From Octopus sinensis (lineage: Eukaryota), in the NCBI RefSeq assembly GCF_006345805.1, contig NC_042998.1:43338001-43402000 (forward strand): DNA of 64,000 nt. Reading direction: 5' to 3'. The notes under the pieces were generated by a model that saw only the letters and a list, made by a program, of their open reading frames with translations, ran no database searches and was not told where the DNA came from. A program made the position numbers and the translations under genes. The number at the start of each line of letters is the position of its first letter. The first letter of the stretch is position 1. This document shows, in pieces, positions 13,264-24,479 of this stretch.

Positions 13264-13505
13264 GCATCGAGGTCAGTTCATTCGACTAAAACCTTTGAAG
13301 GCAGTGTTCCGGGATGGCCGTAATCCACTGACTGAACTTAGTTTAAAAATATATAAGATAACCTAAACAAAGTACAGACCAATACCTTAGTTATCTAAGT
13401 TAATGTTAAGCAAGATGTTCATTGTGTGTATGAGACATGTAAATTCAAGTTATTTACTTCTTTGGTGTACACAGTACATTTCGATATCTTTTATATATTT
13501 GGTAG

Positions 13506-13615
13506 ACTGTGGCAGAGTTATTCAACTAAAGAGGAAAGCTCGAAGTTCAATAATAACTTCCCCGAATTTTCCAAGAAAATATAGCGATAACCTCCTCTGT
13601 CACTGGCTTATCAAG
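13506..13615 (+). CDS. Exon d: CUB domain part 1
   Basis: (D)CGRVIQL...IITSPNFPRKYSDNLLCHWLIK (CUB CG..., SPNFP..Y....C.W.I); TAG| acceptor, AAG|GTGAGT donor; phase 1-0. Confidence 0.93.
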
Positions 13616-14000
13616 GTGAGTGCTGACACATTTCACCGCGCACGTATGTGTATGTATGTATGTATGTATGTATGTATGTATGTATGTATGTATGTATGTA
13701 TGTATGTATGTATGTATGTATGTGTGTGTGTGTGTGATGCATATAATGTACATACGCGAACACGCACTCGTACATATGATATCTACAAGTGCTATGTAGT
13801 AAAAAGTCCACTGCAAGAGTGAAACAACTATACAAGCATCCTTGATCATACTATTCTGTTAGCGATTAAACCAAGTGGATTCTGAGAAAATTTAACTACC
13901 GAAATAAATAAAAACGTATTTTTAACGGATAATATTCGCAGTTTCGTCTAATGTCATGTTCCATGAAATCTATCTTAATTCGTGCCTAACATTATATCCC

Positions 14001-14054
<54 letters not shown>

Positions 14055-14540
14055 ACTTTTTGTACATGTATTTTTATTTTTGCAGTTTTATCGTTTGTCT
14101 ATGCCAGAAAAAAGGCTTTTTCGTTCGTCCTCTTGTGTTTGTTTTTGTACATGTATTTTAATTTGCAGTCTTATTGTTACGTCTTGTTTGTGTTCGTACT
14201 TATTTTGCCCCCCTGCTTGGAATTTTATTTTAATTCTCTCGCAGGAAGGCCTATTGGATTAGTGTTCTGTTATGCCTTCGAAACATGCCTGACTCCTCTA
14301 GCGACAGCTGATGACGGGGGTTTTGTCCTTGTGTAGCTCGTCCTGTATTTGTTTTTCGTTTTCATGTTTTTCGTTTTCCGTTTTCTTGTTTTTTGTTTTT
14401 TGGCTTTTTCCGTTTCTACGTCTTTTTGTGATGTCCTGTACTCCCGTATAATTATTTATATATGCATGTATATATACATGTAGATGTAGGTACGTACATA
14501 TATGTTTGTATGTATGCATATATTTTTATTTATCTCCTTA

Positions 14541-14576
<36 letters not shown>

Positions 14577-14695
14577 TGTATGTATGTATGTATGTATATT
14601 TCTGTGCGAATGGTTTTCTTCATCGGTGTCGAGTTTCACAATTCTGTAAATGATTATAATGGTATTTCTTTATAACCTTAAAGCTTATAGCGATC

Positions 14696-14884
14696 ACCGT
14701 GCAAATGACTAAGGAAAAATAGTCTAATAATGGGGCACATAAGCCCTCGACAGAAAAAAAGTAGGCTTTGCCATATGCGTGGGAAAGTAGGCTTTGCGGT
14801 ACGCGTACGGTAAAGCCTACTTTTTTCTGTCGTGAGCTTATATGCCTCATCATTAGACTATTTTTCCTTAGTCATTTGCACGGT
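14696..14884. mobile_element. Foldback MITE
   Basis: About 75-bp arms ACCGTGCAAATGACTAAGGAAAAATAGTCTAAT... / ...ATTAGACTATTTTTCCTTAGTCATTTGCACGGT. Confidence 0.8.
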
Positions 14885-16927
14885 AATCTTATAAAAAAAT
14901 ATTATATATATATATATTAGTCCCCATTTGTGTAAACAAAGTTTTAAAAAATGCAGAAGCATTTTGAATTGTAACAGCAAGTTTCACGTTGCCGATTATT
15001 CAAACAATAGAAGTAAAGGAGTAGCAAAAAAAAAAATCACTAACCCGTTTGAACATGATTATTTATCGAAATTTGATTGATTAAAACCCATGGAAAGTGT
15101 AGAAAATGATTTATTCACATATAAAACCACATAATGTTTTCAGTAGCCTAAGTATAAAACACGCATTTTGAAAGTTTACTTCTGTTTACAGTGTCGATTG
15201 GAACAATGTGCATTTTCCTGCAACTTTAGCTCCCCTTAAACAATTTGTTTTTAGTATATTATGATATATATGGCCTCCGAGAATATGCTAATTTAGATGA
15301 TTTATAAAAAAACCCAGCAATATTTGAACAAACATCTAAGCTACTAATAGAATTATATAATTTTTCGTTCCATTTCTTTACGTTCACAGTAATAGTTTCA
15401 ACTCGTACACAATGTATTTTATATTAGAAACCACTGTCATTTGATGTCTTATTGTAATATGGAGTAGCTGTGTTAAATGAACATTTGTCAGAGAATAAGC
15501 TGAATATATACTTACTAATGTTATTAGCTAAGCTTTAAGGACTATTGGGAGATAGTTGAAATTTATATAATCACACTCGTTTGATTGTTCTAATAAGGTA
15601 GTGTTTACAAGTTCCTAAATCTATAGTTACAGTTTTAAAAAATAAATTCTGTTTAGATTTGTGTCTACCCGATGTTTATATTCTAATTCTGATTATTTTA
15701 ATGCACGAAATAAAAAGTATAAAATGGTGACAATTTACCCACCACACCCTGTATATAAATGAATAAATAAATCGATAAATATAGGAAACAAAATAATCCT
15801 TCCTATAGATTAGATGTTAATTCCAATGTTATAAATAGATGTTAATTCCAATGTCATAAATATTTCTTGTATGCAAACTGCAGTAAGTTGAGATATTTTG
15901 CATAGAAAGTTCCAATGCTTCTAAGGCCAGTTTAAGCAGGTTAGGGTTAGGTTACAGGGAAGCAAAAACTGTATAAGACTTACTGATAATCTCCTTAAAA
16001 TTTTCTTGCAATAAATGCGTAGATTTTGACAGAATGACGTCTCTCATACCACTTTCTCAATATATCTGCATTTTAAAGGATAATATCAACGATTATAGAA
16101 CACGCGTCACCTTATATTAGTAACTCCAGACAGTGTTATGTATGTCTCTCTGAGAAGTATAACATTCTATTGCAATTTTGAACAGACAAAACTGAATTTG
16201 TAAATAAATTCATACACTTCCTTCATTATTTATTGAGGAATTTCCGAGTACTAACTAGCTTATGAAGTATATTTCTCACACAATGCATTTGTCAAAACAT
16301 AAGAGATAGTCATATGAAAAAAAACTTATATATTCAACACTAAAACTAGCTGCCCTTCTTGCTCATGTGCGTTTTACATTGATGATATTGAATACACCAC
16401 GTTCCTGCATTAGAGTAGATGAATATATCCCTTGTTCTACGCATAAAAATTGAAAAGATGAATGAGTGATGCATTTTCCAAAGATCTTCCGATAGTCAAT
16501 GAAATCACGATGCCTAGTATTGCGACATGTTTACGAATAATTTGTTTCGCTATTTCTCTACTTCAGTTTAAATAGTCAGTACTATGAAACTTGAAATTAG
16601 AACTCAAAAAGATTCAGGTTTTAATGTATGTAGGTGTTTGATGTTGTGAGCAGTATGTTTTAATGTATACATATACAATTGGTAAGCTGTTGCACACAGT
16701 TGTCTTTAGAGAAACAAACATGTCAAAAATATAGAGGGAAACGGTAACTAAGACAAAATGCAAAGGGAATTAACCAAATTAATGAAAGTTGAAAAATAAT
16801 TATATAGCTTTGTTTATGAAATAATTACAAAGGATATAAAATACCTTTATAAAAATATCTAGGTAAAAAATATCTAGGTTACTCGTACTAATGTTTGATC
16901 TGAAGCCAATATTTTATTTCTTTGCAG

Positions 16928-17046
16928 AGTCCAAAAAATTCTTTGATAAGACTTAAATTTTTGAAATTTTTCGTCGAAGGCAAGAAGAAAAAATGTCCAG
17001 ATTATGTTGAGATTCGTTTCAATTTGATAGGTCAACCAGGAATCAA
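16928..17046 (+). CDS. Exon e: CUB domain part 2
   Basis: TTTGCAG|; SPKNSLIRLKFLKFFVEGKKKKCPDYVEIRFNLIGQPGI; AA|GTAAGT; phase 0-2. Confidence 0.92.
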
Positions 17047-17705
17047 GTAAGTGTTTACGTTATTTTTACAGAATAAATAAGAAATTTAAAGAATAATCTC
17101 ACTGCTCTTAAGACGTGAATTTATATTATGTTACATCATTAGTTTTAGTAATCCAGGAAAAAGATATGTTTAACTTCTTTAGACCAGGACTGTTGTAAAA
17201 TAACAAATTATTTGGCAGGTAAAAATTTTCTAGAATTTTCGAGATAACACGATAAACATAAGCCCTTTGTGATGGTTGAGATTCAACTTCAGTTGACTAT
17301 AACAAGATTCCAGTGTGAACAGAAGACACTAATGAAATGTTAAAAAGCATTAAAGCATTAATGAAATATTAAAAGAACACTTCCCGCATCTCTGTTTTGT
17401 TAATTCTCTGCTACATTAGCCATGCAAGAACACTTCAAGATATACGATTTCTTAACGTATATGGGCATAGTTCATGAATTTCAGTTGTTGCTTGTTAGTA
17501 GTGCAAAGCTGAAGTCTCGTGATAAACCTGTAATGGTATATTTAGTTAATAACTTTAATGGAGAGATATATTAAATATATATTCAAAATAACAAACATTT
17601 ATTTTGTTTCCATAATTAGAGGAAAGGCGTAAGATCTTATATACCACGTATTTCTCGTTTGTGGAACGAATCTAAATTAGATACTCTTATGTCTTTTTCC
17701 ACCAG

Positions 17706-17827
17706 ATATTGCGGGAAAATGCCAATTAAGGTTGTTGTTTCACGAAGAAACATAATGATGATAACAATGAAAACTAACTACAAATTTTCTCGAATCGGAT
17801 TTAAAGCAATCGTAGACTATATTGAAG
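17706..17827 (+). CDS. Exon f: CUB domain part 3
   Basis: TTTTTCCACCAG|; (K)YCGKMPIKVVVSRRNIMMITMKTNYKFSRIGFKAIVDYIE (CUB YCG and GF.A); G|GTTTGA; phase 2-1. Confidence 0.9.
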
Positions 17828-18016
17828 GTTTGAAAAATAATTTTGACACTCATCTAAATAGTTTGAAATATATACTATACTGAATAAGTTCTTTGAACTA
17901 TTTTGACTGAGATTTCGTTTTGCTATTTTTAGTTTTATAATTGCAAAATAAAAAGAAAAATGCGATTTTTGAAAATAAGACTAATAGTTTGCCAATGATA
18001 TTCTTTTAATGAACGC

Positions 18017-18094
<78 letters not shown>

Positions 18095-18217
18095 ATATCT
18101 ATCTATCTACTTTTTCTCAACAACCTCAATACAACGTATTTTATCAATAAATTTTTATGGTATAATTTTTTAATGATATAATTCATGTAACAGTGTTAGA
18201 AACCTCTATTATTTCAG

Positions 18218-18350
18218 GAAGAAAACTTTGTTTCAATTTAAAAGACAACGGGCGTACATATCGTGGTAAAGTAGATATGACGAAAGAATTTGACAAGTGC
18301 CGTTTCTGGAATGAATCTACGAATTGTCGGCATCATCCTTTCAATAGTTG
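18218..18350 (+). CDS. Exon g: Kringle domain part 1
   Basis: ATTTCAG|; (G)RKLCFNLKDNGRTYRGKVDMTKEFDKCRFWNESTNCRHHPFNS (kringle C....G..YRG, C..W); TG|GTTAGT; phase 1-2. Confidence 0.92.
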
Positions 18351-18767
18351 GTTAGTGAAAATATTCTGTTTTAAGTATTTAATGCATTATTTAAAACCTT
18401 TAGATTTTTTAAAACTCTTATACGAATTCTAGTTATATTTTAAGCAACAAACTCACAAATGTTCAGCTAATTTATGCTTTCCTGAATGATGTAAGTGTAG
18501 TTTGATTAATGTTTTTAAAATAAACATAGAAGGACATAGAGAGGATGGTCAATAGATAAACTGGAGGAGGCTTATGGAAAAGACACAGAGCTAAACACGA
18601 AGGTTGCTAAGGTATGTTTTCTGAGATACGAGAGTACAAAAGCCATTCGAATGGTCCAGGTGGTTGATAACTGATGTAGAAACAAGTAACTATCCGAGTT
18701 TTAACAGACAGGACTGAATTGGTGTGCACTAAACAATTACGAGAACATGGGATTATTTCGGTGGTAC

Positions 18768-18834
<67 letters not shown>

Positions 18835-19055
18835 GGCAGCGAGTTGGCAGTATCGTTAGCATTCTGAGTTCAAATTCTCCCGAGGTCGACTTTGCCTTTC
18901 ATCTTTTCGGGGTCGCTAAATTAAGTACCGGTGAAACACTGGGATCGTTGTAATCGACTAGTCCACTCGCTCGAAATTTCATGCCTTGTACCTATAATAA
19001 AAAGGATTATCATTATTATTATTGAGTGAAAGAGCAGTGCATGCCATCAAAGCGG

Positions 19056-19106
<51 letters not shown>

Positions 19107-19241
19107 CAAATTCTGCCGGGGTTGACTTTACCTTTCATCCTTTCGAGGTTGGTGCATTAAGTATCAGTGGAACACTGGCGTCGATATAATCGATTGGTCC
19201 CCCTTCCCTAAATTTCAGGCCTTGTGCCTTTAAAGGAAAGA

Positions 19242-19322
<81 letters not shown>

Positions 19323-19501
19323 ACTACTACGAAGATGCCAACGACCGCTCAGCTCAAAGTCTCTCTTGACCAGAAATGGCCTGAACTCTTCGCATGAACA
19401 CCCTCCCTTTACATAACTTCATGTCCCTCTACATGGCCTTGCTTTTTGCTTTTTGAGCCAAAAAATTAACTTAACTTAACTTACTACTACTACTACTACG
19501 T

Positions 19502-19552
<51 letters not shown>

Positions 19553-19565
19553 TGTTTGATAACAG

Positions 19566-19687
19566 GGACATAACCAGAGGCATTGGCAACCACAACCATT
19601 GTCGAAACCCAGGGCATGGTTTACAGCCTTGGTGTTACACGGATTCTCATAACTGCAGTCGAAAATATTGTGATGCCTGTCAGATTG
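19566..19687 (+). CDS. Exon h: Kringle domain part 2
   Basis: AACAG|; (W)DITRGIGNHNHCRNPGHGLQPWCYTDSHNCSRKYCDACQI (kringle NHCRNP, PWCYT, YC); G|GTAACT; phase 2-1. Confidence 0.94.
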
Positions 19688-21956
19688 GTAACTCTTTCTT
19701 TCTTTCTTTCTTTGTAAATCATCCACTAAACCTGTAGAGAGAAAAATGAAGTAACCAGTATAGTCGAAGTTTACGATTATTTTTTGACAATTCAACCTAA
19801 ACTTTAGCGTTAGGTTTTAATTAGGTTATTAATGTCTAAGAGGGAAAATACGATTTTGTAATCTTTTTTCCTTAACTTCTTTTCTGTTTTGCTTTAGAGT
19901 ATGTAACACTATGAGTAACTCATCAGTTCCATGACATGATGTATTTCTTCGAACTAACGAAGATGAATGCGTGCGTGTGTGTGTGCGTAAGCGAGACGAC
20001 AAAATGTGGGACAAAGTGAAATAGATAGAGAAGAAGAAAAACAAGAAGAAAACAAAGGTAAACTGGCGAAAGAAGAGGAAAAAGAAGGTAACATAAGAGG
20101 AAGAATGAGACAGGGCAACTTACTGAACGTTTTAAACAGTTACAGCTGGTAGACTAGTTAAGAAACGGGTCTAAATATAAGCAGTCGTTCTAAATTTCTA
20201 CCTCTGTGATCAAATGACTATACGGGTTCATATGTTCTCATACTCAGGTATGATGAATACTTTTAAATTAGAAAGATGGAGAAATTGGATTATTGCTTAG
20301 TCTACGCGTAGATGAACTGAAAAAACCCAAAACAAATGTGATTATTTCTGAGATACTATTTTGTTTGAACAAATGCTCACGGTTAGCACTTTGTGACATT
20401 TCCGAAAGCGAGTTATGAGAATAGCTTTCGTCATATGCTGAAATTACTGAAATATCTAAGACAATACAATATGAATATTAGTGAACGTTTTGGGCGGCGA
20501 GCTGGTAAAATCATTAGCACACCGGGTAAAATGCTTAGCAACATTTCGTCCGTCCTTACGTTTTTGAGTTCAAATTCCATCAAGGTTGACTTCATCTTTC
20601 ATCCTTTCGAGGTCGATAAAATAAGTACTAACCTGCTGGCCTTGTGCCAAAATTTGAAACCAATATTAGTGAAGGCTTCGTATTTACTGTAAACAATAAT
20701 AGTTTACACAAAATTATGTATAAGAGCTGTAGTATGCTTATTTATTTAATATAAGCAGAGTTTGTAACGTCTTTTCAACACCCAGTTAAAGTGTTATATT
20801 TCTCGGCCTCGGATTTCTGATTTCAGAATTCACCTAAGTTGGAGAAGAAGGAAGGGCTGTACCAGAATGGTTTACTTCAACACACTCCCAGCTATATAGC
20901 TGTTACTAGTGTATTCATTTATTAACTAGGTGTTAGGAAATATCTCATTAAAACCAAATAATCCGTTATAAATCATCAATGTTTTGTGATATATATATAT
21001 ATTTCAACAGTTGCAAAAAAAAAAAAAATCTATCAAATAATCCTATTTTATTGACAGGTGTTTACAATAGATGAAGGAAATAGCGAAATTTTACGCAATT
21101 TTTGGAATTGAACATATCTACGTATGTTCTTTTGAAATCGCCTCTGATCCCGTTAAGAAATTTTAAAAACAAAAATTATGCCTATGACGCTCACAAAAGA
21201 ACATGAAAGGTGAGGTGTGCTGACGTGCCTCAAGCGGAAGAAAAACCTTGCGTTTTAAAATGTGTTGTGTTCTTCTTCAAAATATATAAAGATTTTAATA
21301 GAGTAGTTTAGGTGAAGCAATTTGTGATATTAAATTAGATAAAAACTTAAGGCCGAAAAATTGCGAAATGAAATACAAAATTGAACTACCGCAAAAGCGA
21401 TGACAAAACAACAGCAGAAATTCTACATTGTATATTTTCGCTATTCCTGGGTTAGGATGGGATAAAGCTATTGTCGTTACTCAGATATGTGGAATAGGAT
21501 GATAACGTACTCAAACTACTTCAATGACGGTAGCGGTAAAAATAAAAAAGGGGTTCTGTGTGTTCATCGGAAAGAGTGCATTAAAGACAAGAGTAACAGA
21601 AGCGAGGGGGAATTCACGATAAATACTGAAAACAAAAATTAACAGAAAGAAGAAGAAGAAGAAGAAGAAGAAGAAGAAGAAGGTAAACTGGAGAAAGAAG
21701 AGGAAGAAGGAAGTCATATAACAGGAAGAATGAGATAGGGCATTGTTATTAGTTTTAGTCATTAGATTGTAATCATGTTGGGGTTTTGAAGGGTTTAATT
21801 CAAACAAATCAAATTTTCTACTTATATATTTTTTAAAATCTGGCACTTATTCTATTCATCTCTTTTTCCGAATCGCTAATTTACGGTGGCCAACACCAAT
21901 TGTCAAGCGGTGAAGAGGAATACACACACACACACGCACACACAACACACACACAC

Positions 21957-22031
<75 letters not shown>

Positions 22032-22425
22032 GCACACGCGCGCTCAGCCATACACCTATCTTTACGATGGGCTTCTTTCTGTTTCCGTCTACCTCATCCA
22101 CTCACAAGGCATTCGTTGGTTCGGTACTATAATAGAAGGCATTAGCCCAAGGTATCGTGCAGTGGGACTGAAACTGAATCTACTTGGTTGCATAGCAAAT
22201 TTCTTCACTACACAGTTTTGCCTGCACCTATATTTGAATTCGTCAGATTTTGGTAATAATTTACATAGATCATTTGAAAGTTCATGTTATTAATCCGAAA
22301 GAGTACATTACAAAATAAATGAAAAGGTACTTATTTTATTAAGTAGTAACTAGATTTGTATTTGTTTCTAGTAATCTTTCACTCTTTTACCATGATTACA
22401 ACTTTCAGTTCATAGAAAGTTATGA

Positions 22426-22603
22426 AAGGCATTGCCGTGGGGCAAAAACCTTGCTTCCTAACTACATGGTTTCGGCTCCAGTCCCACTGCATGGTACCTT
22501 GTGAAAGTGGTCATGTACTACAGTCACGGGCCAACCAATGCCTTGTGAATAAATTTGGTACACGAGCTGAGTGGAAGCCCGTCACACATAATGCATACAT
22601 ACA

Positions 22604-22638
<35 letters not shown>

Positions 22639-22840
22639 TCATATACACATATGTATGTGTATGTGTGTGTGTGAATGTGTATACGTCTGTCTGTGTTTGT
22701 CCCTCACCATCCTTTGGCAAGAGACCGATAGAATATGTTCCAGCCATAAAAAACAAGTAGTGAGGTTGATTTGATCGATGAGACCCTTCAAGGCCGTACC
22801 TCAATATGGCCGCATTCAAATAACTGAAACAAGTAAAAGT
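22426..22840 (+). mobile_element. SINE family 3 with internal (TACA)/(TG) microsatellite
   Basis: Shared 3' end ..CAAAT(G/A)ACTGAAACAAGTAAAAG. Related copies at about 23170-23578(-), 57271-57643(-), 9640-9825(+), 10745-10845(-), 29760-29965(+) and 60170-60335(-). Confidence 0.7.
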
Positions 22841-22928
22841 TACAATAATACTCTCTTAATGATCAACATTCTTTGGATACATATCGAAAGCAATGGAAAC
22901 AGTTTTATCTTTTATATTTTACTGGCTT

Positions 22929-23165
22929 TTTTTAAGGCGGCGAGCTGGCAGAATCGTTAGCACGCCGGGCGAAATGCATAGCCGTATTTCGTCTGCCGTT
23001 ACGTTCTGAGTTCAAATTCCGCCGAGGTCGACTTTGCCTTTCATCCTCTCGGGGTCGATAAATAAAGTACCAGTTTTGCACTGGGTCGATGTAATCGACT
23101 TAATCCCTTTGTCTGCCCTTGTTTGTCCCCTCTATGTTTAGCCCCTTGAGGGCAGTAAAGAAATA
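22929..23165 (+). mobile_element. tRNA-headed SINE family 1, full length
   Basis: Perfect 16-bp TSD TATATTTTACTGGCTT at 22913-22928 and 23166-23181. Confidence 0.92.
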
Positions 23166-23361
23166 TATATTTTACTGGCTTCAGTCTTTGGGCTGTGTCA
23201 TGCTGGGGGCATCGTCTTGAAAGGTTTAGTCAGAAAATCGACCCTAGTAATTATTTTAAAGCCTAGAACTTATTCTATCAGTCTAACTGCAAAGTAACAG
23301 ACATAAACAAACCAACGCCAGTTATCAAGCGGTATGGTGGTGGTGATAGCACAAAGACATG

Positions 23362-23393
<32 letters not shown>

Positions 23394-23769
23394 ATCACAC
23401 ACAATCACATACGTATACTTAACTGGCTTCTTTCAGTTTTTGTTTACTAAATTTTAGCACAGAACTTTGGTCGACATGGTGCAATAACAAAAGACACTTA
23501 CCCAAGATGCTGTGCGGTGAGACTGCACCCAATACCACATAGTTAGAAAGCAATCTTCTTACCACACAACAACGCCTAACATAAATAACAAATTACGGTT
23601 TGCTTGCTACTCAAAATAAATTGTTTTTTAAAACAATTATTAAAAAATTAACCCAGTTTTGAGAGATTACACCAACCCATTTTATTCCGGATACACAATA
23701 AGCGTTGGTGGTCACATAGTTTTACAAATAGTTTTAATGAAGAAAATAGCTCTTTGTTTCTCGTATTAG

Positions 23770-23972
23770 CCAAGGTTTCAAAGTTTGGCACATGACCAGC
23801 AGTTTCAGGGGAGGAGGTAAGTCCCCTGATATTGACCCCAGTGTTCAACTAGCACCTATTTTATCGTACACGAAAGGATGAAAGGCAAAGTCGACTTCGA
23901 CGGAATTTGAACTCAGAGCGTACAGACGGACAAAATCTCGCTAAACAATTTGCCCAGCGCCGTAACGATTTC
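23770..23972 (-). mobile_element. SINE family 1, diverged copy ending about 40 nt upstream of exon i
   Basis: GAAAGGATGAAAGGCAAAGTCGAC..CGGAATTTGAACTCAG shared with the family on the minus strand. Confidence 0.8.
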
Positions 23973-24011
23973 GAAACATAATATTGATAATTAATTCTAA
24001 TTGCTTTTCAG

Positions 24012-24149
24012 CCGGATCTTATGATATGTTCCCCAACTGCAGAAAATTGAAACGGGAAGACAAAGAATTTTGTACGCGCAATGTAACCTCAATCAAACTG
24101 TGTCACAAAACTTGTGGACATTATATTGGAGCCGAGAGAAAATTTAAAC
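24012..24149 (+). CDS. Exon i: ShKT-like domain with 4 of 6 cysteines, plus basic linker
   Basis: TTGCTTTTCAG|; (A)[45 protein letters not shown]; C|GTATGT; phase 1-1; spacing x6/x10/x9/x3/x2 fits ShKT; not in the ORF track. Confidence 0.82.
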
Positions 24150-24276
24150 GTATGTTATTATAAATGCTAATACATACATACATACATACTACATACATAC
24201 ATACATACATACATACATACATACATACATACACACACATATATATGTGTATATACATACATATATATATATATAT

Positions 24277-24357
<81 letters not shown>

Positions 24358-24479
24358 CATAGCATAGCAGGCATTCGTCGTGACAAGACGTACTTTTCAT
24401 AGCTCCGGTCAGTAGCCAAAGAAGCATATTTCAACTCAAGCCAGCAGAAACTCTCCTTGTTTTTAGTCCCAGAACTTTT

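Noticed and set aside
14274-14320. Type II-order hammerhead candidate (GAAACATG...CTGATGA)
   Set aside because: No valid NUH triplet and stem II depends on wobble pairs; needs a family consensus to revisit
15742-15775. Possible Tc1/mariner TIR (TACAGGGTGTGGTGGGTAAATTG on the minus strand)
   Set aside because: No partner TIR or transposase found nearby
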